Shown in pieces: positions 19,868 to 30,252 of a stretch of DNA of 64,000 nucleotides (position 1 is its first letter; every line of letters starts with the position of its first letter). The notes below the pieces were generated by a model, which ran no database searches, had not been told where the DNA came from, and worked only from the letters and a program-made list of their open reading frames with translations. The stretch covers positions 1-64,000 of the IMG/VR virus record IMGVR_UViG_3300042549_010246. One strand, 5' to 3'. Source of the DNA: a virus. Position numbers and translations under genes: made by a program.

Positions 19868-21520
19868 ATGGCAATTTTTGGTAATTGGACAGGATTTCCT
19901 ATTGTTGGTTGGTCATATGATGACCAAGAGGCTTTAATAAAGGCAATTGCAGATTTTTCGGGCAATCGGGTTGATTGGGGCCAAAGGACTTATGACGAGG
20001 AAATTTCTACATACCGTCAAGATTTTTATGACTCAAGTTTTAAAAAGGTACTTTTTGATTTTGGTTTAAAATTTCAATTAGGAGGCTCAAAAGACAAATC
20101 TCGAATTATAACTACTGACAAACCACAGGGCATTTTTGATTTTTCGTTGGCCTCAAAAGGCTTGTACAGAGTTCCTGAGTATTATTCAGAAAAGTTGGCA
20201 ACAGAAAAGCCTAATAGGTTTGCTGAATATGAAACCCTAAGTGGTATTGTGCCACCGAATTTTGTTCAGCAAAGGAATTTACTTGGTATTCGCCAATTTT
20301 ATTTCATTGATGAGGATGGGAAGGAATACATATGCCAACAATATCAAAAAGGAACTGTTGCAATCAAAGACAACGTTAAGGGTGCCAAATTAAAATTTGC
20401 AACCAATACTAAAAAAGTTTATTTGAAATTCAAAAGACAGGGCGGTAAAGTAAATTACGTTGAAATTTACTCTTTATTTTATTATACAAGTGTTGTCGGT
20501 AATGAGGGTTTTGCCTTACGACATCTACCTGCAATTATGGTTTGTGAATACTTTGAAAGTCTTGGTATTAAATGCCGTTTTTATCCGACTCGATTTGTTG
20601 TGTTCAGTTCAAACCATACAATCAGAGAAAAAGATTTGCTCACAGATGCAGAACTTCCGATGTATAAAATACGAAATTTACTTACAGAGAAGGCTGATTA
20701 TTTAACTGTTCAACCATTTTTAGCAAAAGAATATGGCGAAGAATTTGACCCTGCAATAGCCTTGGCTATATCAAAAGAGTATTCGGGACAAATATATAGA
20801 AACGTAATTAAAGAGGCGCAAAGGCACGATTTGGTTGCGGACGCATATCCCACAGGAGGAAATCCTGATTGGCAGGAAATTGATTATAGGGTGGGATTTG
20901 AGCGGTATAAAAATAAATATCAAGAGTATGTAAAAGCAGGTATTTTTAAAGGTAAAGAAGTAAAACCTGAGGCTCAAATTTTATTTCACTCGATGTCAAT
21001 TAAGTACTATCAATATGAAATTTTTAATGAGGCCCAAAATATTTATAGATTAAATGAGATTGATAGAATTATAGCGAAGTCTCAATATTATGGTAAATTT
21101 ATCGAGTGGTGGATGAATTTTTGCGCAATGAAATTACGCGATTATATTCTTTTATTGAACACAAAAGAACCGAGAAAAGAAATGGAGTATATCGCTAAAG
21201 AAATGAAAAACTTTTTGAGCGAATACGTTTATTACGTTAACAATAAAGCGGTAACAGATGAGGATAAACGATTTCGTGACCAAGCGATTTTCCGCTATAT
21301 GGGTCCTATATGTTCACAAGAATATTTATCCTTAAACGAACAAGTTTCGGGTGTTGATATCAAAATAAATCCTGATATCAAAGGATATATTAGTAATTTG
21401 ATTAATGATGTTGCGATTTATGCTGAAAATGAGCCATTCCCAACACCCGCAGAACAAATTGAAAAAATGGATGCATTGGCAGAGAATTTATATAATGAAT
21501 TGGAAAGGGTAAACATATGA
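19868..21520 (+). CDS. Probable MoxR partner (vWA-like) protein
   Basis: Directly downstream of MoxR; no clear DxSxS seen. Confidence 0.4.
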   Translation: MAIFGNWTGFPIVGWSYDDQEALIKAIADFSGNRVDWGQRTYDEEISTYRQDFYDSSFKKVLFDFGLKFQLGGSKDKSRIITTDKPQGIFDFSLASKGLYRVPEYYSEKLATEKPNRFAEYETLSGIVPPNFVQQRNLLGIRQFYFIDEDGKEYICQQYQKGTVAIKDNVKGAKLKFATNTKKVYLKFKRQGGKVNYVEIYSLFYYTSVVGNEGFALRHLPAIMVCEYFESLGIKCRFYPTRFVVFSSNHTIREKDLLTDAELPMYKIRNLLTEKADYLTVQPFLAKEYGEEFDPAIALAISKEYSGQIYRNVIKEAQRHDLVADAYPTGGNPDWQEIDYRVGFERYKNKYQEYVKAGIFKGKEVKPEAQILFHSMSIKYYQYEIFNEAQNIYRLNEIDRIIAKSQYYGKFIEWWMNFCAMKLRDYILLLNTKEPRKEMEYIAKEMKNFLSEYVYYVNNKAVTDEDKRFRDQAIFRYMGPICSQEYLSLNEQVSGVDIKINPDIKGYISNLINDVAIYAENEPFPTPAEQIEKMDALAENLYNELERVNI

Positions 21521-21828
21521 AAATAAGTCAAAATGCGTTTAAAACGCTACAAGAAATACTGAAAAACTTGCAAATTGCGAGCACGAATGGTGCTAAAGTA
21601 TTGAACCTTTTGGTACTACAGAATCCAATTATCCCTGATACATTTTTCATTAAATATGATATTGAATATATGTCAGGGGGTGACAGAAAATTTGAACCAC
21701 GCTTGACCCAAATAACCGACTCAGGTGAGCCAATGGATATTAATGACCAATTCGACAATGTGTATCAGAGATACGCATTTTTAGGGGATTGTATCCCCGT
21801 TAATGTATCTGATTTAAAAATAAAATAA
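21517..21828 (+). CDS. Hypothetical protein
   Basis: 103 aa, overlapping both neighbours. Confidence 0.65.
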   Translation: MKISQNAFKTLQEILKNLQIASTNGAKVLNLLVLQNPIIPDTFFIKYDIEYMSGGDRKFEPRLTQITDSGEPMDINDQFDNVYQRYAFLGDCIPVNVSDLKIK

Positions 21829-24737
21829 TGGCTAATCGGGATAAATATAATTTTACACAGAAAACAGACGATTGGGGCTCTATTTACTATCAGAATGTCC
21901 CATCATATAGCAATACAAGTATTGGAAGTACAGGAAATGCTTATTTAATAAGAAATTTCCTTAAAACTTTTTTTCCATTTTTGGATGTATCTGTTAACAA
22001 AACTTCAGGTGGCTCAGTCAGTGTCAAAATGCTGAATTATGAAGTGAAATTCAAGTTTACTGAAAATGGAGTAAATAAAGAATTTTTACTTAATCCAAGA
22101 GCGTTGGAGGATATTTTGGAACCACTATTCGAAGGTCAAGGATTCGATGGAATGACCGATTCAACATATTCAAAACCATTGCCTAAAATGTTGAATGATT
22201 TAGGTGATGATACGAGTTATGGATACAATTATCTTTTCATTGGAGCCAACAATCTTGATGGAATATATGAGGTAGAGTTAAATGCTAATATTTCCGTATC
22301 AGCAGCGTACCCATTTATTGTTGGACGTAGCAATGGTAAAATGGTTGACAAATATATTAAAATTCCTGAGAAAACTCAGGAGTATATAAGAAAAGTCGCT
22401 AATTCAATCAGCAGTTCACCGTCAACTCAAACCAATAAAAGTGATTTGGTCACTTTGGAAAAAGGGGATGCAAAATTATCATTGACGACTTTAGAACAAG
22501 AAATAATCGATTTTTTGGCAGAAAATAATTCGGGTGTGGAGTTGATTACAATTCGTAATTTTTTCTTAGCGAATAAAAATTATGTAGACAGTGATGTTAA
22601 TCGTGCGATAAGTAATTTGCTTCAAAAAGACTTAGTCGATAATAACCAAGTTAGTAATGTGGGATTACTGTATTATGTCACCACAAAAGGTTTGGATTAT
22701 GTGAGTAATCCCGCTGTACAAATATTAGTGGAGGAGGCTACCCGAAATTTAACTGAAGACGAAGAAGATATTTTAAAATTATTAAATCGAGGCCCATCAC
22801 TTACTCTAAACCAACTTTACCAATTTTTAACAATACCTGACCTACGAATAAATGATGGTGTAAAAGAGTTATTAAAAGATAATTTTATAGCATTTGTAGA
22901 CCCCACAAAAAAAAGACTCAAATATGAAATCACTCAAAAGGGTAAAAATGCCCTTCTGAATACATCGGCTTCACCCGCTGTACAAGCAGTAGTGGAAGAG
23001 GCCACACCCGTATCAAAGCCTATTCCAATGGCTACAGAAGGAGAAATGGCGAGTTTTAAATTTATAAGTCAAAACATCGACACGTTAAAGGATATGGAAA
23101 ATAATGACCCTGAGTTGTTCGATGCGCTGAGTCAAGGTATTAGATTGTTGCAAAAATTGACGGCAAATACGACGGGAGAACTTTTACCTTTCACACCTAC
23201 AGGAGACCAAGAAAAAATTGAATCCGCTTTAATGGATGATGATTTTGATTTGAATGAAGCAGACTTGGCAGAAATTGACTTGTCAGGAATTGAAGAAGAT
23301 TTAGAACTAAGTGATGATGAATTAGCCTTTACAGACCTTGGTGAATTCGAGGAGTTAAAAGATTTTGTAGAAAATGAATTAATGCCGAGTAAACCCCTGA
23401 CACCTGAATTATATTCAGTTTTAACTGCAGTTGTAGTAGCAGGTATTGGCAAAGGTGATGAAGCCACAAAAAAAGACATTTTTGATTTAGCATCAAAGGA
23501 AAGGTCAAAAGGTTATCGAATTGACAATGCAGGCTTGAAACCCGAAGAAAACCAAATTAATAATTTGACTTGGGATTTATTCACGTTGGAGGAACAGGGA
23601 TATGTAAATAGAAAGGCTGATAAAACTTTTGGTACAGTTTACTACAGTGTCACAGATAAGGGTGGTGAAGCAATATTGAAGTATCCTGAAGAACAAAAAC
23701 AAGTATCAAACGCACCTTTTGACATCGAAAATTTGAGTGCTCTTGAAAAAAATATTTTGCTCATTTTGGATAAGCCACCCGCTGCAGAAAAAGGAACATT
23801 GTATAATGAAATGACCCTATCTGAAATTTGGGCAGAAGTGGATGAGACAATAGCGTCTCAATATAGTAGAGATTTGGTTGAAATTGCATTACATAATCTC
23901 ATCGACTATCAATTAGTTAATGAATTAAATCGTGTACCTGTAGAATACAGAAATTTTGATGATGCAAGGACAAATTCAACTATATCGGAATTAAAAAAGA
24001 AACCCACAACTTTAACTCCGACAACATTAAAAATACTTCGAATTTTATACCGTTTTACAGGTAAATTATCCGCTGATAATATTAAAGATGATTTATCATT
24101 TGAAAATGTTGCATTTCCTCATAAGGCAGTATTTAATCGTTTAATTGAATTGCGAGATATGGGATTAGTTGAAGAAACTAATACATCTTATGGAGGAATC
24201 GTGTGGCAAATTACACAGGCAGGAAATGAATATATCGATAAACTCCCAAAAGAAAAAACAGTAAATCAAATTAGGGAAGAGGAAAAACAACAGAAAGCCA
24301 AAAAAACAGGCGATGGACTTGATTACGAATATTACTTGATAGCCAAGATTTTAAATGACGATACAGGATATCTCACTGCAGGAAGTGTAACAACAATTCT
24401 TCAACAGCAATTCAACAAAACCCCAAAGTGGGATGAAAAGGAAATATTACTAAAACTTCAGGTTTTAGCGGCTTTAGGAGTGGTTGCATCATACATTCAG
24501 AACTCGGTTCCCTATTTTGAAATTAATGAATTAGGAGAAGACGTTGTAAAGTATTTAACTGAAAAAGATAATCAAGGTTTATTTAGTGCTACAGAAACGA
24601 AAGTTTCCTCACGACCATCTCCAACGGACAGTGCCACGATGTACAATGTAGGAACTATAAAAGTAGGTAATGACGGTAACAATTGGCAGATAAAAGAAAG
24701 TAAAACAGGTGTCAAGCGTTGGGTAAAAATGAAATAA
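21828..24737 (+). CDS. Polyvalent protein: LPD29-like domain, about six winged-HTH repeats and a C-terminal RPSP/GNDG domain
   Basis: IRNFLKTFFP...SGGSV...FDGMTD; repeated LT..E..IL..L...Y.IT.KG; RPSPTDSAT...GNDG..W...GVKRW. Confidence 0.7.
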   Translation: MANRDKYNFTQKTDDWGSIYYQNVPSYSNTSIGSTGNAYLIRNFLKTFFPFLDVSVNKTSGGSVSVKMLNYEVKFKFTENGVNKEFLLNPRALEDILEPLFEGQGFDGMTDSTYSKPLPKMLNDLGDDTSYGYNYLFIGANNLDGIYEVELNANISVSAAYPFIVGRSNGKMVDKYIKIPEKTQEYIRKVANSISSSPSTQTNKSDLVTLEKGDAKLSLTTLEQEIIDFLAENNSGVELITIRNFFLANKNYVDSDVNRAISNLLQKDLVDNNQVSNVGLLYYVTTKGLDYVSNPAVQILVEEATRNLTEDEEDILKLLNRGPSLTLNQLYQFLTIPDLRINDGVKELLKDNFIAFVDPTKKRLKYEITQKGKNALLNTSASPAVQAVVEEATPVSKPIPMATEGEMASFKFISQNIDTLKDMENNDPELFDALSQGIRLLQKLTANTTGELLPFTPTGDQEKIESALMDDDFDLNEADLAEIDLSGIEEDLELSDDELAFTDLGEFEELKDFVENELMPSKPLTPELYSVLTAVVVAGIGKGDEATKKDIFDLASKERSKGYRIDNAGLKPEENQINNLTWDLFTLEEQGYVNRKADKTFGTVYYSVTDKGGEAILKYPEEQKQVSNAPFDIENLSALEKNILLILDKPPAAEKGTLYNEMTLSEIWAEVDETIASQYSRDLVEIALHNLIDYQLVNELNRVPVEYRNFDDARTNSTISELKKKPTTLTPTTLKILRILYRFTGKLSADNIKDDLSFENVAFPHKAVFNRLIELRDMGLVEETNTSYGGIVWQITQAGNEYIDKLPKEKTVNQIREEEKQQKAKKTGDGLDYEYYLIAKILNDDTGYLTAGSVTTILQQQFNKTPKWDEKEILLKLQVLAALGVVASYIQNSVPYFEINELGEDVVKYLTEKDNQGLFSATETKVSSRPSPTDSATMYNVGTIKVGNDGNNWQIKESKTGVKRWVKMK

Positions 24738-24756
24738 AAAATAAAGAAATACGAAT

Positions 24757-27700
24757 ATGAATAATCAAGCAAAAATCAAACTTGAGAAGATAAAAAAACT
24801 GAAACTCCCTGAAAAAGTAAGGGCTACAGCAGACAAAATTGAAAAAGGTTTGTCAAGTGAAGACGCGGCTACTCAAAAGAAGGCTGAAGATGCATTGAAT
24901 AAACTTTATGAACAAATCAAAGCAGTTGCGGCTAAACAGCGCGAAGAAAAAACGGAAAAAGAAGTCAATGAAAAGACGATTGTTCCTCAAAACGCTGACA
25001 TCGCGGCTCCTGAAGTTAAAAAAGAGTTAACAAAAAAAACCACGGTTGCAGATGAGATTATTGATAAGGCATTAAAAAACGACCCTGAACTTGCGGGATT
25101 TGGAAAATCAGATAAGCGCAGAGACGCGGGTCGTAAAGCACTTCCTGCGGGTAGACGTGTATCTAAAAAAGGATGGAAAAATCAATATGGTAAATCTGAT
25201 GGTGGACGTGTGTATTACGAAAACCGTGAAAACCGTAAAGACCGTAAAAGTCCTGCGTACAAAGCAGGATATCCTTTTTTGGCCAAAGGGGGTAAAATTC
25301 ACCCTATGGATGACGAAGACGGAACTTTTTATGTAAACCTTTACAAAACTAAAGGAGACCAAATTGTTTCAGTGGATGAGCGCGAATACAATTCTAAAGC
25401 ATCGGCTATGACTTATGCGATGATGAAACGCGATTTTATGAAAGTTGGTGAAAGCATATTTGTTATGAATGATGACGGTGATGTGTTGTACACTTCAATC
25501 GGTACCAAAAAAATGGCTATGGGAGGCAAATTCCCTTATCAAAATGCTCAAGTGGGAGATAATGCTCGAGTAATTCTTGACAATAAAATGGGAACTATTA
25601 TGGTGGCTTATGGCCGTAGATTCCATTTGAAATTCCCTGATGGAACTGAAAAGACATATTCCGCTGAGGAATTGGAATTTTTTCCGACGGATGAAATGAT
25701 GGCTGATGGTGGTAATATTGGAAATCCAACATTCGTAGTTAAAAACTTAGACGGAAAAGTTGTTTTGAAAACTAAAAGTTTAAATAAAGCATCGGATTAT
25801 CACGGTTTACTCGGTAGGGATACTCATACGGTTGAAACTCTTGACGGCAGAATATTGAGTGGTTCAAGTGATGATATGGCCGATGGTGGAATGATGCCTA
25901 ATAGTGGTAAAAAATATGATTATTCTGAGTATTTCGACTTTAATGCTAAAGGTAATTTTGCATCTAATTTAAATGGTAAAAATTACGAAATAATTTATCG
26001 TGATGACAAATCTAAAATGTATGATTTGTTTGAAGATGGGAAAAAGATAAAAAGTAGTATGTATGTTCTAAATTTAATGTTTTTTCCTGATGAGAGGAGG
26101 GAGTATTTTCAAGGTACTATGAGTGATGATGCTTTAAAAAGTATTTTAGATTATGAATATCCTAATAATAGTTTTTCTGTTGAGTATGATTCAATATCAG
26201 GGACAAAAATTTATGGAGCAAAATCCAACCTTTTAAAGGCACAAGCCAAACTCAAAGATATTTATAAAATGAAAACCACATTGATGGGTGAAAATCAAAT
26301 AGGTAAGAATTATTTATCCGTTCCTTCACAATTTGTGTATTTTGCTAAAGGTGGTATGATGGCCAAAGGTGGCTATATGGCGAAAGACGAAAATTATGAG
26401 TATGTAAATACATTCAACTATTATGATAGCAATGTTCCTGTACCTCAGGATGATTTTGAAAAATTGATTGATGCTTATCACAAAAAACTTTCAGGTGATA
26501 AACTTGATGAGGCCAAATACAATGTATTGAAAATTCAAATGGGTAACTATTTGGGCCATAAAACAGTTGACAAAATGGAAGAATACATTGAAAAAACACA
26601 CAATGCACACAAAATGGCAAAAGGTGGCTATGTTTCCAAAAGAGATGTTGAAGCAATCACTATCATAAATCCAAATAAAAGTGATTCCGCAAAGAAATAT
26701 TTGACATTTAAGAGTGGTGAATTCCTTAATGGATTAAATCAGTTTGAGAAAGGTGGAAAATTGATTGATAATTACACTTACATCAAGCGAGGTGATATTT
26801 TTGCTGTTTATTACAAGGACAAAACTAAAAAAGCCTATTTCCAAACTACGATGGAAGATAAACCTAAAAATGGTTTTTGGGTCAGCAAAAAGGCTTTAAT
26901 TAGAGAGGGTGGAAAAACGCCAAGTAAGTCAAGTGCAACTTTTGATGCTTACGAATCATATGATGAATTATCCAAGTTGAATGGCAAAATTTGGGACAAA
27001 TTAAAAATTGAAAGTGGCAGTCAAATTTATGCTTCGGACTCATTACAAAAGAAATTGGCTATTGAGTATCCAAATTCAGGTATTGATGCCAAATTCAAAA
27101 GTTTGAAAGCCGCTCAAAGAAAAAAAGTTGCTGAAGTTATGACCGATGAAAACGAGCATAGTTTACGTAATTATTTGACACTACGAGGATACCTTGGACC
27201 AAAAGAATATGACAGTTATGAAAGAATATTTGACCCAAAAAGTCGGTATGTATTAAATCCTGATAATTTCAAAAATTATACTGCTGATAAGGTGAAAGTT
27301 GGTTCAATTTTAACTACAAAAACAGGTACAAAAGTAAAGGTAGTTGAATACAATCCTCAATACGGAGTGAAGGCTATACGAATGGATGCGACTGCAGCCG
27401 ATAAGCCATCTCAATATATAGAATTGTCAAAATTTAAAGGATTTGAAAAAATGGCTGATGGAGGTTCTATTGGTTTTGAGGCACTTTCCAAAAAAGTTGC
27501 ATCGAGGTATGCGGGCAAAAATGTAAAGCCTAAATATCAAAAAGAATATGGAAAGACCTATGACAAGGCTGAAGCAAAAGAAGTCGGTGACAAAGTAGCG
27601 GCAAAAGTGTACCGTATGCAGCAAGGTAAAATGGCCTCAGGTGGTAAAATTGAATTGCCTCATCAATTGGACAAATACTTTACAAAGCCCGCAGGTACAA

Positions 27701-28041
27701 TCGAAGTTGAAATGAGTAAATTAATTCCGATTCGTGCACGAAAAAGCGGTATTGAGAATGCAGAAGTGTATATGAAAAAGGCTTACGATGGCGAAATGTC
27801 GAAGCGTAAACCTATTGAAATTTACAAGACGCGCAATAAAAAGTATCGCGTGAACGATGGAAATAGCACTTTTGCCGTTGCTAAAAAGAATGGTTGGGAA
27901 ACGATTTATGCTACCGTAGTTTCCAATCCAAACGTCACAAAACGCGCGGAAAAAAGTACATTTACAATAGCAAAAGAAATAAGAAAAGCAGGTGAAAGTT
28001 GGTCGGATGCAGTTAAAAGAGTAAAGGAAAACAGAAAATGA
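24757..28041 (+). CDS. Basic multidomain (polyvalent) protein with about 11 xxxGG motifs and a C-terminal ParB/Srx-like domain
   Basis: MADGG/MAKGG repeats; KPIEIY...YRVNDGNST..VAKK.G. Confidence 0.7.
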   Translation: MNNQAKIKLEKIKKLKLPEKVRATADKIEKGLSSEDAATQKKAEDALNKLYEQIKAVAAKQREEKTEKEVNEKTIVPQNADIAAPEVKKELTKKTTVADEIIDKALKNDPELAGFGKSDKRRDAGRKALPAGRRVSKKGWKNQYGKSDGGRVYYENRENRKDRKSPAYKAGYPFLAKGGKIHPMDDEDGTFYVNLYKTKGDQIVSVDEREYNSKASAMTYAMMKRDFMKVGESIFVMNDDGDVLYTSIGTKKMAMGGKFPYQNAQVGDNARVILDNKMGTIMVAYGRRFHLKFPDGTEKTYSAEELEFFPTDEMMADGGNIGNPTFVVKNLDGKVVLKTKSLNKASDYHGLLGRDTHTVETLDGRILSGSSDDMADGGMMPNSGKKYDYSEYFDFNAKGNFASNLNGKNYEIIYRDDKSKMYDLFEDGKKIKSSMYVLNLMFFPDERREYFQGTMSDDALKSILDYEYPNNSFSVEYDSISGTKIYGAKSNLLKAQAKLKDIYKMKTTLMGENQIGKNYLSVPSQFVYFAKGGMMAKGGYMAKDENYEYVNTFNYYDSNVPVPQDDFEKLIDAYHKKLSGDKLDEAKYNVLKIQMGNYLGHKTVDKMEEYIEKTHNAHKMAKGGYVSKRDVEAITIINPNKSDSAKKYLTFKSGEFLNGLNQFEKGGKLIDNYTYIKRGDIFAVYYKDKTKKAYFQTTMEDKPKNGFWVSKKALIREGGKTPSKSSATFDAYESYDELSKLNGKIWDKLKIESGSQIYASDSLQKKLAIEYPNSGIDAKFKSLKAAQRKKVAEVMTDENEHSLRNYLTLRGYLGPKEYDSYERIFDPKSRYVLNPDNFKNYTADKVKVGSILTTKTGTKVKVVEYNPQYGVKAIRMDATAADKPSQYIELSKFKGFEKMADGGSIGFEALSKKVASRYAGKNVKPKYQKEYGKTYDKAEAKEVGDKVAAKVYRMQQGKMASGGKIELPHQLDKYFTKPAGTIEVEMSKLIPIRARKSGIENAEVYMKKAYDGEMSKRKPIEIYKTRNKKYRVNDGNSTFAVAKKNGWETIYATVVSNPNVTKRAEKSTFTIAKEIRKAGESWSDAVKRVKENRK

Positions 28042-29153
28042 AACTATTAAAATTAACTAAACAGGAAGTCGCAAAACTTCAAAAGCAATATAAATTTGGT
28101 TCTGATTTGACCAAACAGGATGTAGTTGTCAAAATTTTTAATCCATATGGTCGCGGCAGATGGTATTTGGTAAACCAAGACCCTGATGACCCTGATTATA
28201 TTTGGGCAATCGTAGATATGGGAATGGGACCTGAGGTTGGCTCGGTAAGTTTAAGCGAACTACAAAACTTTCGAATGCCTGTATATGGGTATAAATTTCC
28301 TTTGGAAAAGGACAGGTTTACACAACGGAACGCTGTTGAAGTGATTGAAGGATTACAGCGAGGAAACTATTTTGCAGATGGTGGTGAAATTAAGGTCAAA
28401 GTTGCATCCAAAGATATTTACAACAAAAATCACTACAGGGGTATTTTTCAAGATTCCGATAAGGATGGTGTTCCTGACATAGATGATTTGCAGCCTAAAA
28501 ATCCCAAATTACAGGGTGAAGTTGAAGAGTTAAAGTTTTCTCAAGTCTTTGAACGATTGCTCAGAACAAAAAAGTCTTTGGACAAAATTATGAGGGCGGC
28601 CATCGCAGAACTTGAAGCAATTTCTCCCGCAGGAAGCACAATTTATGCAAGAACTAAAACTCCATACTCAATTGTCAATAAATTGATAAATAAAAAGTCT
28701 ACAAGTCTTGAAAGGACGAAGTTAGGCGATGTCGAGGGTTTGACGGATTTAATTGGAACTACGGTAGTTGTGAAAAGTTTGGATGACATTAATGATGTAG
28801 CAAAAGAATTGGATAAGGGAGTATTAGGTGAGATTTTGGAGAAAAAAGATTACTATGAAAAACCAAAAGCGGGATATCGCGCGATTCACTACATTACAAT
28901 TTTTGAGGGTGTCGCGATTGAAGTTCAATTAAAAACTTATCGTCAGAAAGAAATAAATGAGGCTTCGCACGAGGCTTATAAATATGAAAATCTTGAAGCG
29001 GACCGTTTATTGTATTTAACCAATTTGGCAAATGAGGCTGACAAAGGAAATAGAAAAGCACAACTTGCAATTGACAAGATATTCCTTGATAAAAAAGCAT
29101 TGAAGGAATCTTTGTACAAGGACAAAATCAGACGAAATAAATTACCTTCGTAA
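28038..29153 (+). CDS. DUF2958-like domain fused to a RelA/SpoT small alarmone synthetase domain
   Basis: KIFNPYGRGRWYL...EVGSVSLSEL; RTKTPYSIVNK, DLIG, GYRAIH, EVQLKT, H..YK. Confidence 0.8.
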   Translation: MKLLKLTKQEVAKLQKQYKFGSDLTKQDVVVKIFNPYGRGRWYLVNQDPDDPDYIWAIVDMGMGPEVGSVSLSELQNFRMPVYGYKFPLEKDRFTQRNAVEVIEGLQRGNYFADGGEIKVKVASKDIYNKNHYRGIFQDSDKDGVPDIDDLQPKNPKLQGEVEELKFSQVFERLLRTKKSLDKIMRAAIAELEAISPAGSTIYARTKTPYSIVNKLINKKSTSLERTKLGDVEGLTDLIGTTVVVKSLDDINDVAKELDKGVLGEILEKKDYYEKPKAGYRAIHYITIFEGVAIEVQLKTYRQKEINEASHEAYKYENLEADRLLYLTNLANEADKGNRKAQLAIDKIFLDKKALKESLYKDKIRRNKLPS

Positions 29154-29167
29154 TAAAATTTACATAT

Positions 29168-29599
29168 ATGAAAAAAATAACAGTTATCCTTCAGGAGAAA
29201 AATGTGAAATTGAACAGTTTACCTGAGAACATTCAGACAGCAATTGAAAATTCAATTAATTTGTATGATGACATTCAGAATTTGGAAGCAACATTGACCG
29301 AAGAGTCAACTGATGAAGAAAAGGCTGAATTAGTCGAAATGAGAGAGACCCACGATGAATTTAATGAATCTATCGTAGGTGCTATTGAAAATTTTCAGAA
29401 AGAAACTGAGGCTAAGACAAAAGCCGAACAGAAAAACGACCAACCCCCAACTCCCCCACCTGCGCCAATAAACACACCCGCGCCAATTGGCGAAACTGAT
29501 GAAAAGAAAAAAGGTTTTGGAATCGGAACCTTTATTCTCGGAGCGGCTGTATTGATTGCAACAGCGGGTGCAGTTAATATGATGAGAAACAAAAACTAA
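29168..29599 (+). CDS. Acidic coiled-coil protein with C-terminal TM
   Basis: Pro linker followed by GFGIGTFILGAAVLIA. Confidence 0.75.
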   Translation: MKKITVILQEKNVKLNSLPENIQTAIENSINLYDDIQNLEATLTEESTDEEKAELVEMRETHDEFNESIVGAIENFQKETEAKTKAEQKNDQPPTPPPAPINTPAPIGETDEKKKGFGIGTFILGAAVLIATAGAVNMMRNKN

Positions 29600-29808
29600 T
29601 GGAAAAATTACCCCAACACTACTTTGCATTTAATCCACAATCCGTCCGTTGGATGGATATGGTATTTGTAGCACCAATAATGATTTATGCGGGTGTCAAG
29701 GGTGATTTTAAACCGTATGTTAAATTTTCTTTGATTGCTATTGGGTCTTTGACTTTTCTGTACAACGGCATTAATTATGTAACCAATTTACAAAACGGAG
29801 AGAAATGA
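29599..29808 (+). CDS. Small two-TM membrane protein
   Basis: Two hydrophobic segments. Confidence 0.7.
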   Translation: MEKLPQHYFAFNPQSVRWMDMVFVAPIMIYAGVKGDFKPYVKFSLIAIGSLTFLYNGINYVTNLQNGEK

Positions 29809-30098
29809 GTTACCGTATTACGAGATACACTTTTGAACAGGCCAAAAAATTGGGGGTGACGGTGAAGCCGTCTACGGTCCAAGGCAAAAAAATTGATGTG
29901 TTCAAAAACGGAACTAAAGTCGCTTCGGTTGGAGCAGTTGGCTACAATGATTATCCGACATTTATGCGATTAGAGCGCGAAAGAAAAGTTCCCGAAGGAA
30001 CAGCAAATTTGCGTAGGAAAGCATATAAAATCAGACATCAAAAAGACAGGACCGTCCGTGGAAGCAATGGATGGTACGCTGATAAACTATTATGGTAA
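29805..30098 (+). CDS. Small basic viral protein (DUF5754-like)
   Basis: PST..KKIDV...GAVGYNDY...RRKAYKIRH...GWYADKLLW; family recalled from memory. Confidence 0.65.
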   Translation: MSYRITRYTFEQAKKLGVTVKPSTVQGKKIDVFKNGTKVASVGAVGYNDYPTFMRLERERKVPEGTANLRRKAYKIRHQKDRTVRGSNGWYADKLLW

Positions 30099-30250
30099 TG
30101 GACAAGAAATTAAAAGTAGTAATCGTAGCATCAATAGGTATTGCCGCAGTTTTGATTGGAGTGTCTTTACTCTTTATTCAAAGGGGTATTGACCGAAAAG
30201 CAATTACAGAGGAAGACCGAAATGTTTTAAGACAAATTAGAATTTCGTAA
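30098..30250 (+). CDS. Small membrane protein (50 aa, not in track)
   Basis: MDKKLKVVIVASIGIAAVLIGVSLLFIQR... Confidence 0.7.
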   Translation: MDKKLKVVIVASIGIAAVLIGVSLLFIQRGIDRKAITEEDRNVLRQIRIS

Positions 30251-30252
30251 TT

